A stretch of 63,978 nucleotides of DNA, counting the filler, from Dicyema japonicum (Eukaryota; Animalia; Dicyemida): the NCBI GenBank assembly GCA_011109175.1. It is 4 parts of 4 records of this genome, joined end to end, with 100 filler letters (N's around TTAATTAATTAA, not from the genome) between each part and the next. Parts side by side here need not be neighbours in the genome. Positions count along the whole stretch, not along the records: positions 26,132 to 48,671 come from RDEW01000016.1; 3 more parts are not named here. The stretch is one strand, 5' to 3'. The notes beneath the pieces are model-generated. The model had not been told where the DNA came from, made no database searches, and was given only the letters and a program-made list of their open reading frames with translations. Below are positions 26,966-41,567 of this stretch, piece by piece; within the stretch, counting starts at the first letter, position 1; every line of letters starts with the position of its first letter. The translations under genes were made by a program, and so were the position numbers.

Positions 26966-28879
26966 TTGTTTATTTTGGAAATATGACGGTGGTTTTCTGG
27001 TTCAATAAATTTAATTTAAAGAAGCTTTTCCCAGTTGTGTCCCAGCAGAAACAAATACAATGATGAGTATGTCGAAAGCAATAAACTTATCTGTGGAATT
27101 CGATTTTTTTCTAATTAGAATTTTGCGCGAGCTCGAAGGAATGCTTTCCAGAAAAAAGAGATCAACTAGAATGGTTCTCGATGAGACAAAAGATTTGAAT
27201 GACCATACTCCGAGAGAATTCGTTCGCGATCCACGCAGCAGGCTTCCTCAATTATCATTTGTTTCTGTGTCAAATAATTGTCTTTTATAAAAAAAATTAG
27301 AATAATATTAAGTACAAATATGTTTTCCATATTCAAAGAAACAACTTAGAAACGTCGACTTTGGTTTTTCACTTACAATTAGAATTGTCAGTTTCAATGT
27401 GATAATTGTTAAAATTAATAGTCTTGAGTATACATTAGGTAATTGGGGAAAGTCATTAGGTAGGTGTCTGTAATTTGAGTGTGTAGACATAATAGTCCAT
27501 GACGGTCATAAAGGAAAGAAAGTAGCCGTCTTTACCAGAAACGGGATTTCCTTAGTCAGTTAGGACAAGTTTGCATTTATGGATTGTAGATTACTAAAGA
27601 AGTTGCCGACTTAAGAGCATGTGGTCTCCTACAACGGAGGCCTTTAGGTAATAAGAAGACGGTCGATCTTTTCATAGTGAAACGTAAGTTAGCTTAGTCT
27701 CGTAGGCACATCACATATGTGTTCTAAGAGAGACCAGTGGTATCGCAGACTGGTGAGAACATCTGTCTTGAGTGAATCTTTCTGAGGGTTGAATATAAAT
27801 TAAAAGCGAATTTTTTCTCTTGTGTTTTTGGATGAGATAGTTAATTTGCTTATTAATTTCAGACAAAGATTCAATTCGGCAGAACAAATCGATTTGATTC
27901 ACCGGCATATTAAAAAAATCAATCTTAATGGGAGCGAAGGCCATTATTAACTGCGAGACTATGTGAATAATGTAATGTATTTATCATTTATTTGTCTCAC
28001 TCGGGATAGCAGTCTCATATGTGCTTAACAAATCTCTGATAGTCCTGGATTTGAATCTCGATGGTGTATACTCCGTTTCAAAATTATATATTGCCTTGGT
28101 TTAGCAAGTGACAATGTCATCAGTGAATGTTTCACTACGGAACTTCTAGGTCTTACAAAAAGGAAAAAATGAAGTTAGAACATTTCTTGTTCCCTCCTCT
28201 CTTTCAACGATTTGTTAGCATAATTGTTTTTTACTCTAAAAGTATGTGTCTTTCTATGCTGAGCTATAAATATTATGTCTCTGGTGAAAAGGCTTTATAA
28301 TATGTCACGGTCCATTGGTTGGCCTTGATCGATTTTTCCAAACTTAAAAATATCAAATAATTTTATTTTTGTCTATAAATAATAAATATGACTTTTTATA
28401 CGATCTTCATCTGCTTTCTATATTTTCAACCTCATGAAAGATATCATCAGGACAAAGTGATTTTTGTTAGTAAATCCTCACGCTTCAGAAATTTATCGAG
28501 ATTGTCCGCTGTTTTCATTTTCCCACAAATATTTTTCTGCGAACGATATCCTCAGCATTTTCCAGAAGCAAGCCGAATTTTTTAAATGAATCTCCATTTT
28601 TCATCAAGCATCGATGTCAGATCAGTTTTTTCATTGTTAATTTTTAATTATCATCAACTTCCAAAATGTACATCACTTTTCTGCGCCTTAACATTTAGCC
28701 GTAAGTCAACGATGACTCCAAACGAGATCAACAGTTGATCTCCCGTGTCTAAAACAACTTTGAGTCGGCGATGAGTATTTGTCTGCCGAACTTGATATCT
28801 GGCACAGAAATATACAAGGGTTTTAGATTTAACAGGTTTTTGTGGAGTCAGTAATATTCCTGTTGAATGTCCGAAAAGG

Positions 28880-29370
28880 AAATATCTAAGATGTAAGTTT
28901 GGTAAGGAACAGCATCTAGAATAAAATGGAGATTAGACAAAGATTTGATTCAGTTTCCAGATATTTAATTGAAAACATTTACAGAAATATCAAAACTCGG
29001 ATTAATTTTAAAAATTTCAAAAACTCAAATGGTTGGCTCGACCGTTTTAAGAACCGTCGTGAATTATCTTTTAAAACAATTTCTGGTTAAAAGAATTCCA
29101 GCAACTAAAATTCAATAAAAAAAATTTACAAAAACTCTGACAAATTTTGGAACTTGTTTAATATGAAAAATTTTTTTAATTGTGATGAAGCTTGCCTTTT
29201 AAAAAGAATTCAAAAAATACCAATTCGTCACTAAAGATGAAAATTGTCGGTAATAAAAAATGTTAGACATTTTATGTTAGTATTAAAGGTGAAAAATTAA
29301 AACCGTTGGTTATTGGAAAGTTAATATTACCGAGATGTCTTTAAAATGTAAAAACAGAGGATTATGGAGT
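28880..29370 (+). mobile_element. pogo/Tigger-like transposase remnant
   Basis: SNGWLDRFKNRRELSFKTISG (CENP-B HTH end), FFNCDEA, GEKLKPLVIGK. Confidence 0.65.
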
Positions 29371-30713
29371 ATTAATTTTAAATTATACAAATAGGTCAAA
29401 TAGTACTTAATTGTCGATATAATAATATTCACACTAATAGAAACTTATTTAAAATGACTCCCAATTTGGATATGTACTACTGTTAGTTGACCTCTAATCT
29501 CCATTTTATGTAATCAACATGATTGAACAATTCAAAACATTTGAAAAAAAGAATTTATTTAACACCCAAGACCACCACCAGAGTTAATTAGTTGACATAG
29601 TCTTCTAATAATTTACAGACTTTATGACTGGTATACCAGTCACCTTTCCCAACTTCTGCAAATACTCTTTTTAAGGTGTTCTTCGGCAGAGACGTTCGAC
29701 ATTCCTCTGCATGAGCAACTTCCTTTCCAACTTAGTTCGCAGTATATAGCAGAAAAAATGGAAATCGAGTTTATTGTTTTTTGTTGACTCTTCTAAAAGA
29801 TGAGTGACAAGGGAAGCACTTTCTGATGAAGGCTGTAGTCTCAATTCTTTCCTTCGGATTGAGTAATAAATTATTAGGAAAATTAAAATGTACATCATTT
29901 AAACACTATTTATTCAAATTATAAAATTATTTACATTTGAATTTAATTTAAAATATTCAATAATTAATTCATTTAAATTATTTTAAAATATTTTTAATAA
30001 AATTTATTTAAAAATTTAAATTGGAGATTGGTGGTATTTTCATTTTTGTTTTCTGAACCTGTCAAGCTCCGTTACGATTTCTAATCCACGCTAGGTGAAT
30101 CTGAATGATCTCTGGGAGCGTAGTGGAAACTGGATAGAATTAATTAGTTAGTAACAAAACTTATCGGATAATTGAGAAACATAACGAAGACTATTCTCCC
30201 CTCCTCAGGACTATTAATTAGGTGATCCAGGTTTCCTTATCATCATTATCATCATGTGCTCATTTAGGTACCCACACTGATTTGCTGAAGTGTCTGATCT
30301 TCTACATGGACAGGTTTATGGTGGACGGATGTCTGATAATAGGTCGTTCATTTTCTGATAATGTCAAAGATGAACATCGTGGATTCCCTTGTTCTTGGCA
30401 GAATCGGAAGAAAAATTATTTTGCTGGTTCTGATTAGTTATTCATTTAAAATGTAATATCCGGCTCATTATTTTTGTATTTTACACAAATAAATTAGCAA
30501 GGTTATTTATTTACAACAAAAAAACTTAACAAGCACAAAAAGTTTTTTTCAGTAAATATTTATCGCTCTAAGAATTCGAAAACGCGTTTCCTTTGATGAT
30601 TTTTAAGGAAATGCGCCCAATAAGGCATTAACAAAATAAAGAAACATAATAAAAATATTCATATTGGTTATCCCGTCCGGTCGTTTCCCGTCACTTCTCA
30701 TAACCTAATGTGT

Positions 30714-30950
30714 CCAGAACTCCATTGGGGATAGCGTTTAGCCAAACTCCGCTTTCAGGGGAAACAAACGCCTCGGCGCTGATTGGCCGATTTCCAGTAG
30801 GAGTCCAACAGAACTCCATTGGGGATAGCGTTTAGCCAAACTCCGCTTTCAGGGGAAACAAACGCCTCGGTGCTGATTGGCCGATTTCCAGTAGGAGTCC
30901 AAATGATTTCCAGCACAATAAATTGTACAGAATTCGCTGGCATTCTTGTG
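30714..30950 (-). mobile_element. CRE-like fragment (pre-RLE region) with about 95-bp tandem duplication
   Basis: SPESGVWLNAIP...VLLD corresponds to HSGSWLDAFPSASTGSLLD in the intact CRE ORF. Confidence 0.65.
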
Positions 30951-31061
30951 AAGTAAGCAGGGGGAGGTTGTTGGCATTCCAGGCTACTCGTACGTGGATT
31001 ATGTTTTGGTCAATTGAGAATTCGGGTAGGCAGTGTAGAATCTTCCTGACTAATTATATTA

Positions 31062-31425
31062 TCTATATAATAAAATACTAATTTTGATCTACATACTAAA
31101 ACTCTGTGTTGACAGCAAACAAAACATATTCCTATAAAATTAAATAAAATTAAGCTTTTTCCATTAGAATTAGATGACAGTAAGTAAAGCGAAAAGTAAA
31201 CCCCTTTCAGGAGTTAGATAGCTGTGAGTGAAACGCACTGCTCACCTAGTCTATAATAAGGAAACATCAAATTCAAATTCGATTGAAACATGCTTATTTA
31301 TTCGATTTATCGTTGATTAATGAAATCTCTTACTTTTAATTATCAAACGCATGACTGGGGGTTATATATTTATTGATGATGACTCAAAGCACGAATTTCT
31401 AGGTTATAAATGATGAACATGGGGA
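31062..31425 (+). mobile_element. Possible Helitron 5' end running into an N gap (31426-32028)
   Basis: A|TCTATATAATAAAATAC start resembles the A|TC 5' terminus of Helitrons. Confidence 0.35.
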
Positions 31426-32459
31426 NNNNNNNNNNNNNNNNNNNNNNNNNNNNNNNNNNNNNNNNNNNNNNNNNNNNNNNNNNNNNNNNNNNNNNNNNNN
31501 NNNNNNNNNNNNNNNNNNNNNNNNNNNNNNNNNNNNNNNNNNNNNNNNNNNNNNNNNNNNNNNNNNNNNNNNNNNNNNNNNNNNNNNNNNNNNNNNNNNN
31601 NNNNNNNNNNNNNNNNNNNNNNNNNNNNNNNNNNNNNNNNNNNNNNNNNNNNNNNNNNNNNNNNNNNNNNNNNNNNNNNNNNNNNNNNNNNNNNNNNNNN
31701 NNNNNNNNNNNNNNNNNNNNNNNNNNNNNNNNNNNNNNNNNNNNNNNNNNNNNNNNNNNNNNNNNNNNNNNNNNNNNNNNNNNNNNNNNNNNNNNNNNNN
31801 NNNNNNNNNNNNNNNNNNNNNNNNNNNNNNNNNNNNNNNNNNNNNNNNNNNNNNNNNNNNNNNNNNNNNNNNNNNNNNNNNNNNNNNNNNNNNNNNNNNN
31901 NNNNNNNNNNNNNNNNNNNNNNNNNNNNNNNNNNNNNNNNNNNNNNNNNNNNNNNNNNNNNNNNNNNNNNNNNNNNNNNNNNNNNNNNNNNNNNNNNNNN
32001 NNNNNNNNNNNNNNNNNNNNNNNNNNNNAACAGGAATAGCGTGTCGGTATTATTAAGCTGAGAAAACGTAATAAAGAAATAAATTAAACAAAATCAGTGA
32101 ATTTGGGGAGCTCTGTAGGACTTTATTTGATAGCAGTCAGGATATTTACCTGCTCTTATCCACGAATACTCTTCCATGGCCTCTTGATAGGAGGTTTTCT
32201 AAAACAGTTTGAGATTATGCTGAATTTTGGTATCAAACATTTTGTTCGGTACGTCCCCGAGACAGAGTAAAAAGCCTTTTGAATATTAATCGAAATTATC
32301 GTCGTGCTCCATATGGGGTTAGAGAAGGTGTGCTAATTGGTCTAATCGTTGTGCAAGTCGTGAGTATCACGTTTGCATAAGGCTTTGAGTATTTCAAATG
32401 ACTTAAAGATACTCTATCAGGGCCACACGCACGGGAGGTTTTTAGTGAGCTATGGCTTC

Positions 32460-33060
32460 TAAATTTTTTAAGTGATCCCGGTACGCCTCAACAGGATCGA
32501 GAGGTTTTTCCTGTCTTCCTCCAGAGTACCCACGGCTTTCCTGAATAGACGACAATCATCTTTCATTAGAGTTTGAAGAGGAGTGGGTTTTTTCCCAAAT
32601 TTCGTGTATTCGAGGTTTCTTCCAAACGACTTGTTTCTTGGCCACACAGACAGATGAAGCTATTATTTTTGATTGAGGCGTGGTCAAGCATTGGAACGAA
32701 AAGACCGGGGGGTAGATTCGTTTGACGTGCTAGTTTGCCAATTAGGGTATTGATCTTGAGTGAATTTGATATCGAAGCTCCATAGGCCCATGAGGCACAA
32801 GCGTACTCAATCGTCGGTTTTAAGAGTTGATTGAACACGACGAGGGCGCATTCCTGTGAAGGTTTGGACTTCAAGAGCGGTTTGATTATATAAAGTTTCC
32901 TGAAACCCTTTGTCATAACGTTATTCACATTTTGAGAAAATGTCATCAAAGGGTCAAATGTCACTCCCAGGATAGTTGGACGAATCTGTAGTGGTAAGGA
33001 GTCTCCAGGGGTTGGTTTAATTCTGAATGAACGATTGTTGATGCTGAATGGTTTCGGATG
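32460..33060 (-). mobile_element. LINE 3' fragment with degenerate C-terminal Cys motif, ending RRTGIT-stop
   Basis: PTILGVTFDPLMTFSQNV...KPTIEYACASW...CLCGQET; ACC GGG ATC ACT TAA at about 32468-32482. Confidence 0.7.
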
Positions 33061-34319
33061 TTTTTTTTAAATTATCGATACATAAAATTTAATGAACACA
33101 ATATTTAAAATTTAAAAGTTTAACTTTTATAATTCGGCTTTTAGTGGTATCTGATGTTATTGTTATTAATGATAAATTCGGCATTTAAAATCGCTAACAT
33201 CAGCCAGTTTCATGGTTGTTTTAACACATCAGGAAAAATTACAATTCTTAAAGGAAAAAATGCATAGTCATGGAGAATATTGAAGGGACTTTAGCTTCAC
33301 ATTAATGTATAAACCATTTATCACCTTTATAATGGAAGGGGTAGTACACGTCAAATTATCTCGTAAAAAATTTGTATTTGCTTAATTACGTCACTAGTTT
33401 GAGTATGAAGGAAATGGTGGATTTCTTCTTTTAATAACAAATTCCCAACGTTGCCTCTCTTCCTTGCATAGTCAAGGTACACTTCTAAAATAAATCCAGG
33501 ACTACGTGTCTTTTCAGGATACTGATTTAAAAAGGAAACACGACAGCTTGTGATATGACCGACTTCAAGTATTTGGTCTTCCTTAATGGAGTTGGATTCG
33601 ATATAAACTGTAGAATTCGGCTAATTAGGACCAATTTGAGAGAAGACGTCAAACATTAAAGAAACACATCGTTCAGGCACTTTTTGACCACAGTCGTGTC
33701 GGAGTTTCGTCACGTGGTATCGTTCCAATGACATCAAAGTTGTTAACCTAATAATTCAGTGATATGGGCATCAGAAAAGAATTGATGTTCTATTGACACC
33801 TAGATACTCATCGGATGAGGATAAAGAGCATTGTACGGAGTACGGTCGCATGCAACAGACGAACCCTTCCAAAGTCAGTTTCAAAGCCAGGAAAAATAAT
33901 CTTCCTTTGCTAGGTTCTTTAATTGTGGGAGATACAGGTAGTGGAATAAATTTACGAAAAATCTGTCTTTTCCAAGATGGGGATCGACAGAATAAGCCAA
34001 GTCTGTGTAATGATCCACAGTGGAAATCGAGAACTGAATCACCAATTTGCTACTGGTTAGTTTTTTTTGATTCAACCAAGATGCTCTTGTTGAAATGAAC
34101 AGGTCTATGAGAAGAGACAAGTCCTCACCTACCTTTCTTACGCGTCAGGTTTTGTCCACACTCATTTGAAATCCTTCTACAACGGTTTTTTACTTCCCAG
34201 AAGAGTAAGACATGCCCGTGGTATATGAAAAAAATTATTGACTAATTAAAAAAAGATTAAAAGCTAAAAAATTATTACGAAAACAAGACAATCAAATTAA
34301 TCCAGCTGAAATAATGGAT

Positions 34320-34470
34320 TGGCTGTTCCTCCTGACATCTGCCAGAGAAATCCTTTGGAAAAACATTTGTTGCTGACTTTAGAAATCACAGACCCAAGCG
34401 ATCTTAGCAAAGTGAACCTGAAGATTCCACTTGTCTCGAGAGCACTGGGCTGAACATGGAAAGTATTATC
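34320..34470 (-). mobile_element. CRE-like RLE fragment
   Basis: MFFQRISLADVRRN on the minus strand. Confidence 0.5.
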
Positions 34471-35639
34471 TAAAATGATTGTTCTGGGTTTTTCAGTAAA
34501 GTGCTTCGATGGTTCAGTAAATAATTTTTTGTTTTTTACCCTTAAAAATATTGATTGGAAAAGTTACTTTAATGCTCTGGAAACCCTATATTGTGTGCTT
34601 TAAAGCCGTAAAACAACAAATTTATATTAACCGGAAAAAATAAGATAAAAATTAAAAATAGGGACTTTTAATTAAATCATTCTATACTACTTGTACTCTT
34701 TATTGGTAGAACTTAAGAGATCAAAGTTTAGTGATTATAAAAACTCAAAGTGTCTCTATGAAATAAAGTCAGTTGGAAGCCCTACAGTTTCGTATTAACT
34801 CCCCCATAACGTAATCTGCAGTGTTTACTTTAAAATACAAGAAATTAATTTAACTTAAATATTCTCAATTTGTTATTTCTTAGTAAACTTAAATAATTAC
34901 CAGACCAATGAATTGAAAAACTAACATTTCAAAGGTATGTTAGTTTCCTTAAAACAATTAACAATCAGTTTCTGAAGTATGTTAGTAACAGTCAAAGTTT
35001 TAGAAGTAATAATTAAATGGCGAGTATTTTTTTGTAAAATTCTTCATAAATTTATCACGTTTTCTGACATTTTTCTTAGAGATAATTATATCTTTTTTGC
35101 CAACATTCTTTATATCTGGAGTTAAATAACCGTTAGATATATATCCTATCCTATTCTGTTTCAAAAAAGTTTAGTTATTTTATNCAAAAACTTGATTAAT
35201 GAAATTCAATCTTCCGAAAGTCATCGAAAAATTATATGCCAAGGCACTAGATTTAGTCTATTGGAAAGATCTTGCGGAGAATTGTTTCACGGGAGGTGTC
35301 AACTATTTTGAGACATCTGTTTTAACTGGGTACATAGCTTCGACCCCCTGAATATAATTTCAGAAGTTTGATCCTATACCAATATATCTTCAAGAAAGAC
35401 TGTCTAATTTTTTCATTTAGTTGATTTGTAATATATTTTATACGTCGATTTATTTCTTATTTTGAATATAATTTTCATCGTGATGAATCCTGTTGCTCAC
35501 AGAAAATTGTACACCACTTAAATTTCTTAATTTACCTATAATTTTCGATAGTTTTTAGAAAAAAATCACTTATCTGAAGTTTTAAAAAGTCAAATAACTG
35601 CACTGCATAACCAAAAAATGTCTCTTAGATAAAATTTTT

Positions 35640-36250
35640 AGAGAGACTGTTGTTCCCTTTTATACTGTCGGAAGTTTCATCAGTAGATACAAAAAAGACC
35701 GGAAGGATTTCTCATAAACCGGATACAGGGCGTCTACCAAAGTTAAATGAATCGAAGATAAATTTATGCAATATTTTCCGTGAAAATACTTCGTTTTCGT
35801 CGCTAAAGTTATCCAAGGAACACAAGAATTCCACTAAAACACAAGTTTCCAGGCATAAAGAAATCCGAACTCTGAATAAAAAGGAAATATTTTGTCGAAA
35901 AGCAATCAATTAACCTTATTTGAATCGAAAAAACATACTGGAAAGACGAAAATCGTTAACTTTTTATTACAAGTTTATGATTATGGGAGGAACTTTTATC
36001 TTTTTTGACGAATGTTCATTTGAACTGAGACCGACAAATTAGAACGCAATGGTTTATAAAAATGCAAAAGGCTATTCGAAACCGGAATTCATCGCGCAAG
36101 CTCATAAGTTTGGAAAAGGTTTTACTGAAATTTCAATTTTAGAAAATATCATGATCTGGGGGTGTTTCTCTTACTATGGTGTGGGCCATTTGGTAGCCAT
36201 TATGGGTAATAACCATTCTTACAAAATAATCTTCCTCAGTCTGGTGAAAA
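35640..36250 (+). mobile_element. Tc1/IS630-like transposase remnant
   Basis: KTGRISHKPDTGRLPKL (HTH), FFDECSFEL and IMIWGCFSYYGVGHL (DD34E-type motifs), broken by stops. Confidence 0.7.
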
Positions 36251-37399
36251 AATTGGTCTTGGAGACTACGTTTTTCAGGGCAATCTATTGTTTATTTTAC
36301 TATAAACGTCACAATCATAGGATTAAAGGGGTAACTTCCATTGCGTGCTCAAAGTCTGCACACCCTAATGGAGAGCTTGAATTAATAACTAACTTGAATT
36401 AATTGGCTTTCTAGATTCCTCAGTGACTGTCATACTGTATGTTGGAGTCTTTAGAGATTAAACTTGCCATGATTGACAGTTTATTCATTAAATAAGAAAC
36501 AATCAATCTAATTCATAAAGTACCCCCATGACAGTAACCCCCTTGACTATCTAGCCAGGAGTGTAAACAAGATTCGCTCAAATATCAAACAGCGTTCACA
36601 GAAATCTCCAGTGTGTGATTTATGTAATTTTATCTTAATTATGTTTGATATTCGAGTTAAGTTAACACAACCATATTTAAACATCTCCGAGTGGACAAAA
36701 AATCACATATTTGAATGTCATGAATTATAGCAACGTTTGTCTTCAATTCCAGGACTGACCAATCTATGGTAGAGACCGGCATTTACTGCGTCTTATTTAA
36801 TAGCTGCAGGGCTCCTACAAGTTTGTGAGGCCGTAGTTAGTTAAATAACCATATTATCATATATTTGACGATTAGAAAGCGTGTCGATTTTGATAACAAA
36901 AAGTGACAGACAATCAGGGATAATCGAATTTTATTAATAAGTCTAAGTAATTTGGATATTATTTATCCGAATTATTCTATTTCTGTGACACTAACATGCA
37001 AGTAAATAGTTTTCTGTTGAATGTCTTTGATAAAAGATTAATTCTTTTATTCCTTCCTTTGAGATTAAAAAAGCAAATGACTGAAACGTTTGGTATGGGT
37101 TGCTACTTGCGTCAACCCCCTTTGACCCCTCCAACATTGTCGGAGCGCGGTACATTGTTTAAGCGGGAAAACGTTTCGTTTCATAAAGAAATTTGGACGC
37201 CTTGCTACACTAAAAAGCCACGACGTACGTGAGACTGGAAGGTTCTCCAGTTGATCTCTGCTGTCATCGCAAGAGGCAACTCAACGTCAATTATATAGGC
37301 AGGAATCGTTTTTGATTGATTTTTGTGTTTTTGAGCAGATTAAATTAATTGTACCAAAAAACACCGTCATAACCAGAATGAAAAAAATTTCGTGATCCC

Positions 37400-38420
37400 A
37401 ACCTCCTCAGCAATCTTCGCATGCTAGGACATAAAGGAAGTGCCGTCCAGGGAGAACTCCACTGCATGGTTGACTAATGATTCTTTTCGGATATAATTTA
37501 GGATTAAATCTTCCGCCACCAGAGATGGTGAACCACATGACGCAAGCTAACAATTCAACATCCTCTGGAGCCAAAAAATTTGAAAAAGAACAGAAGAGAT
37601 TTTTCTTGGATGAGTTTTTCAAAAACGACAGCAATTAATTATTATATAAACTCATTTCCACTTCAATTTATGCTTGGAAACGAGAATATTAAGTTCTCTC
37701 TAAAAGTAACCGAATCCAGGGAATAGAAGCCAAGCTTAGTGAACTGAAGAAGCTAAATCATAGTTTACCAGACAGAGAGGAATTCAATAATATGACTGTG
37801 AAGCGAGGATATCTGTTGTAAATAAAGATATTGAAAGACAGGGAGGGTGCCCTAAACAATGTGTTTGAAAAACTCAGAATCCTTGAATTTAATAATACAG
37901 AAAACATAATCGGTGTTTTAAACTCATCCCGAGATATTTTTGTTGTGTTTTAAATGAAGAGAATTAAAATGCTGATTTTTTTTTTCGATGAAAGCGACTG
38001 TCTTTAATCTGAGAGAATATTTGGAAGAAATTGGAGATTAATGAGAACACATTTGATGAACAAACAAGTGATCGATGTAGAAGTCACACTTGAAGACTTT
38101 ACCAAAGAAAACATCCTTGAAATGATTTAACACCTCCCAAACTGAAGAGCTATTGGTTGTATGTGCAACTTCTTTCTCTAAATATTCACATCAATCATGT
38201 CTACGATTGTCAATTGGTGGCAAGTAGATTCAGGGAAAGTATACCCTAGTGAAACCCGAAGAATGTGTCAAACAGAAAAAGAACAGGCAATACTAACCAG
38301 TGCAGCAAACTCAATTAAGTTGACAACTTTGTATAGATGTTAAAATTTTTCGATTAAGTGGATCATTACTTTTTATTTCATCAATAAAATATATTGCGCT
38401 GAAGTATTTAACTGGATTGA
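37400..38420. mobile_element. Degenerate 5'/central part of an R4/Dong-like element
   Basis: GGRFNPKLYPKRIISQPCSGVLPGRHF resembles sequence I associate with this RLE family; adjacent plus-strand reading is heavily decayed. Confidence 0.35.
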
Positions 38421-38989
38421 GATTTAGAGAAAAGTTGGCTACAAAATGGAAAATTAAGTTTAATTTTCATCACAAAGAAATTCGAGAAATCATGGAGGAA
38501 TACTGTGACTTTGTCATTGCAGATCTGCATAAGCATATTCAAATCGGATAATTAAAAAAATGCCAGTGTTGTAAACGACGTTTTATGCTACAGGCGCTAC
38601 AAATTACCGAGCGCTACTCGTTTCTCAGGTGAACTTAAAAAATAAAAAAAATCTTATTTAAAGCTGATAGGTACGGATTCACTTGTACGAGGATGATCTA
38701 GTGAGAGGGGGATTTAAGAAGGGAGTGTAGAATTCTTTTTAAAATGGTGTTACAGCACATTAGAGACGAAATATTTTTTTAACATAACATTTTTATTAAA
38801 AAGTTTGATCAAAATTTTAAAATGAGATATTCAAAAAAATAGGATCCCCGAATTCTAATTTGTACGATTATACAATTTTGTACAGATATGAATGTACTTA
38901 AATAATAATTGTACGCGAACCTTTGTAAATAATTGAAGGAATGCGCTTTAGAAGCTTGTTTATACCAAGGATTATGATGGATTTTTTAT

Positions 38990-39620
38990 TATTATTATAG
39001 GCACGTACGCGATGCCAAGATCATGACAAAGCATGTGCAACACGAAAAGTTAACAATCTAATTAACGTCGCCCATCTATTTCGATCCGTTGCCATGTTCC
39101 ATAGCATATCTAGATCGTCCCCATCTTTAAGGCACTTTCCAATCCTCCTGAGATCTTCATCTAGAATAACCGGCAGTATTGTCCTCGGCCGGCCGCGAAA
39201 ACGATAAGCTTCTAAGACAAAATATTCCTCCATTGCTATGTTGGCAGAGATCCCCACATCGTGGCGGAGTATGGTCCAAAGAACCGTCATCATGAATCAG
39301 TAATATCACATGATATTGGCTCAGTTCCTGTTCTCTTGTATAAGATTTTTGAAAAAGCTTCGAGAAGAAAAAAGTGCTCGGAAATGATATCTGTAAAAAG
39401 AATTCAACTTTTCGAGTTCCTGCCCTGTACATGCCCATGTACCGGCATTATATAATAGGATGGCCTCAATAGGGCATTGTAAAATCTCATTCGAGTTTTA
39501 TGGTCAAGACCTTTGTGTAGAAGCCAGGTCTTTTTCATTTTGTTGAAAAATGATGGATGTAATAAATATTTATTCATGATCGTTTTCTGTCGTATTCTCC
39601 TTTTAATAAACATTTTGGAT
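38990..39620 (-). mobile_element. RTE 3' fragment
   Basis: TRMRFYNALLRP, YRFRGRPRTILPVILDEDL; 3' UTR similar to 6120-6150 and a (TAA)n tail. Confidence 0.75.
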
Positions 39621-40699
39621 TAATGATTAATTTAATTTTAATTACATTGGCCTATTATAATTTATATCATTATTTAATCTAGTTATGCCCGATTGGTTGA
39701 GTGGTCTCTGTCATAATAATGTAATTATTTTACTTAGTCTGTTTATTCTAGCCCGTTTTAATTGCAACTTTCAACGTCAGAGGACTCGGTTTTACACCTC
39801 CATGTATGGATTCTTCCAAGAACTGCGGAGCCGTCAGAGTAGGAAAGTTCCATAGAGAAAACTGATAGAATGGATAGTGAAAGGCACGGGAAATGCGGAA
39901 TCATAAGCATTTATATGCTTGTGACTAACGTCATAGTTCATTTTGATAACTAACTTACATATAGCCTATTCCATAGATAGATTATGTAGAATACATTCAT
40001 AGTCGAAGGATTTTGTTCAGCTCTTCAAATCCAAAGGCTGTTTTAGGAGAAACCCAATACCTGGCCGATATCCAAAAAATATATATATTTTTTCTACTCT
40101 ACTTGAGGGTTTTCCACAATGTTTATATTATTGGATGTGATGTTTAGAATGAAAGCATCTTTTTAACTTTGGAAACTGAATATACGTTAATTATACTTCA
40201 ACTCTTAACTTTTTTTCCACTTACGGTAGAACCTATTAATTAAAGAATACTCTATACCTTAATGAGTAAAACAAGTGCAAGGTTGATTTCACATGGAGTA
40301 ATTACAATCGTGCGAGTCTACAGGAGAAATAGGGATCTCATGAGGAACATCGAACGAAAAAGAGGTGGATGCTGAAGAAGTATTCTGAATGCTTAACAAC
40401 TTCAGTACATTTTACAATTAGGAGAATGCGAGAGACACCATCATTAGCAGGACTACGGGTTAGGTAATAAAATAATATATCTACTCAATTATTAGAGTTT
40501 TAAAAGATTCGGGACAATGGTTTGGTCTGCAATGTTCTGCTCTTAAAGAATGATTCAAATTATGTTAACTGAAGAGGTTCATTTGTTTGTATCTAGCTTG
40601 TGATCGAATGGAAATCGTTTCTGTCCTTCGCTTTGATTAGCTTGTTGACATTTTTCAAGTATTTAAAAATGAGTTAAGATGGAAAATGTAATCACGTCC

Positions 40700-41000
40700 C
40701 GTGCATTAGCAAATTCTTACTAACGCACAAATACATCCCTCGGTTCTTGCAAGAGCCCTATCTGTGTTTTAGTTTTCCAGTCCTTTTGTAAGACTAATGG
40801 TAAAGTTATCCTAGGACATAAACGGATACAGTCTTGTTGGCCAACATAGTTGTCTTTCATAGGTCTTCGTGGCAGGGATGCAAACTCCATCCTCATGATG
40901 TACTCAAGTAGTCTCCAACGATATTAAATTGTCTACATGCTTATTGGCTAACAGGCACATTTCTTGTAGATTCCTTTACATGAGATCCCGGTCGACAAAT
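40700..41000 (-). mobile_element. RTE 3' fragment
   Basis: Similar to 6250-6480 (YLSIMRMEF...RPMKDNYVGQQD...PLVLQKD). Confidence 0.55.
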
Positions 41001-41567
41001 TATTTATTTATTTTTCCCAAATGATTCCTGTAAAAAGAGACTAGTATCTCCTCTTCCTTTATAGAGGTTGCCCAGGTCCCATCCTTATATAGAAGAATAG
41101 ATTTTATTAACTAATCGTATACTAATATTCTTAATAATAGTTCAAGACAGTGGTTTTCAACCTATTTTCCCTATCAAAATTGAGATATTCTTAGTTAATT
41201 CATTATTTTTAGGTCAATTGATAAATCAAAGAATGTTCATGACATTAAGCTTACGACGAGTCACTAAAATATGTACGGCACTTATGACACTTATCACCTC
41301 AACCAGGAAACTTCAGTCATGCATTTTCTCAAAACCATTTAATTAATCACTTCAAGATTTTTCGCTTTAAGAATATTCATTAATCGTGTTAATACAATTT
41401 CTGTGATCTCACGATAGAGAATTACTGAAAGAGAATCAAGTCATGTCTTATCAGTAATGTACAGAACCTATATTTATCACGTACTGAATTTAGTTAAAAG
41501 TTGTGCGGAGTAACTCACCTAACAAGCGCATCTTTTTAAGATGAACAACGATGAAAATAAACTTAGT

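Noticed and set aside
31410-32039. ORF-track entries made of X (31410-32039, 42178-42642)
   Set aside because: Artefacts of translating N gaps.
33300-34140. ORFs 33793-34098 and 33881-34120 as a host gene
   Set aside because: No recognisable motifs, stops in all frames, no consistent tiny-intron model.
39686-39710. GCCCGATTGGTTGAGTGGTCT as a tRNA/SINE head
   Set aside because: A-box-like only; no B box or cloverleaf follows.
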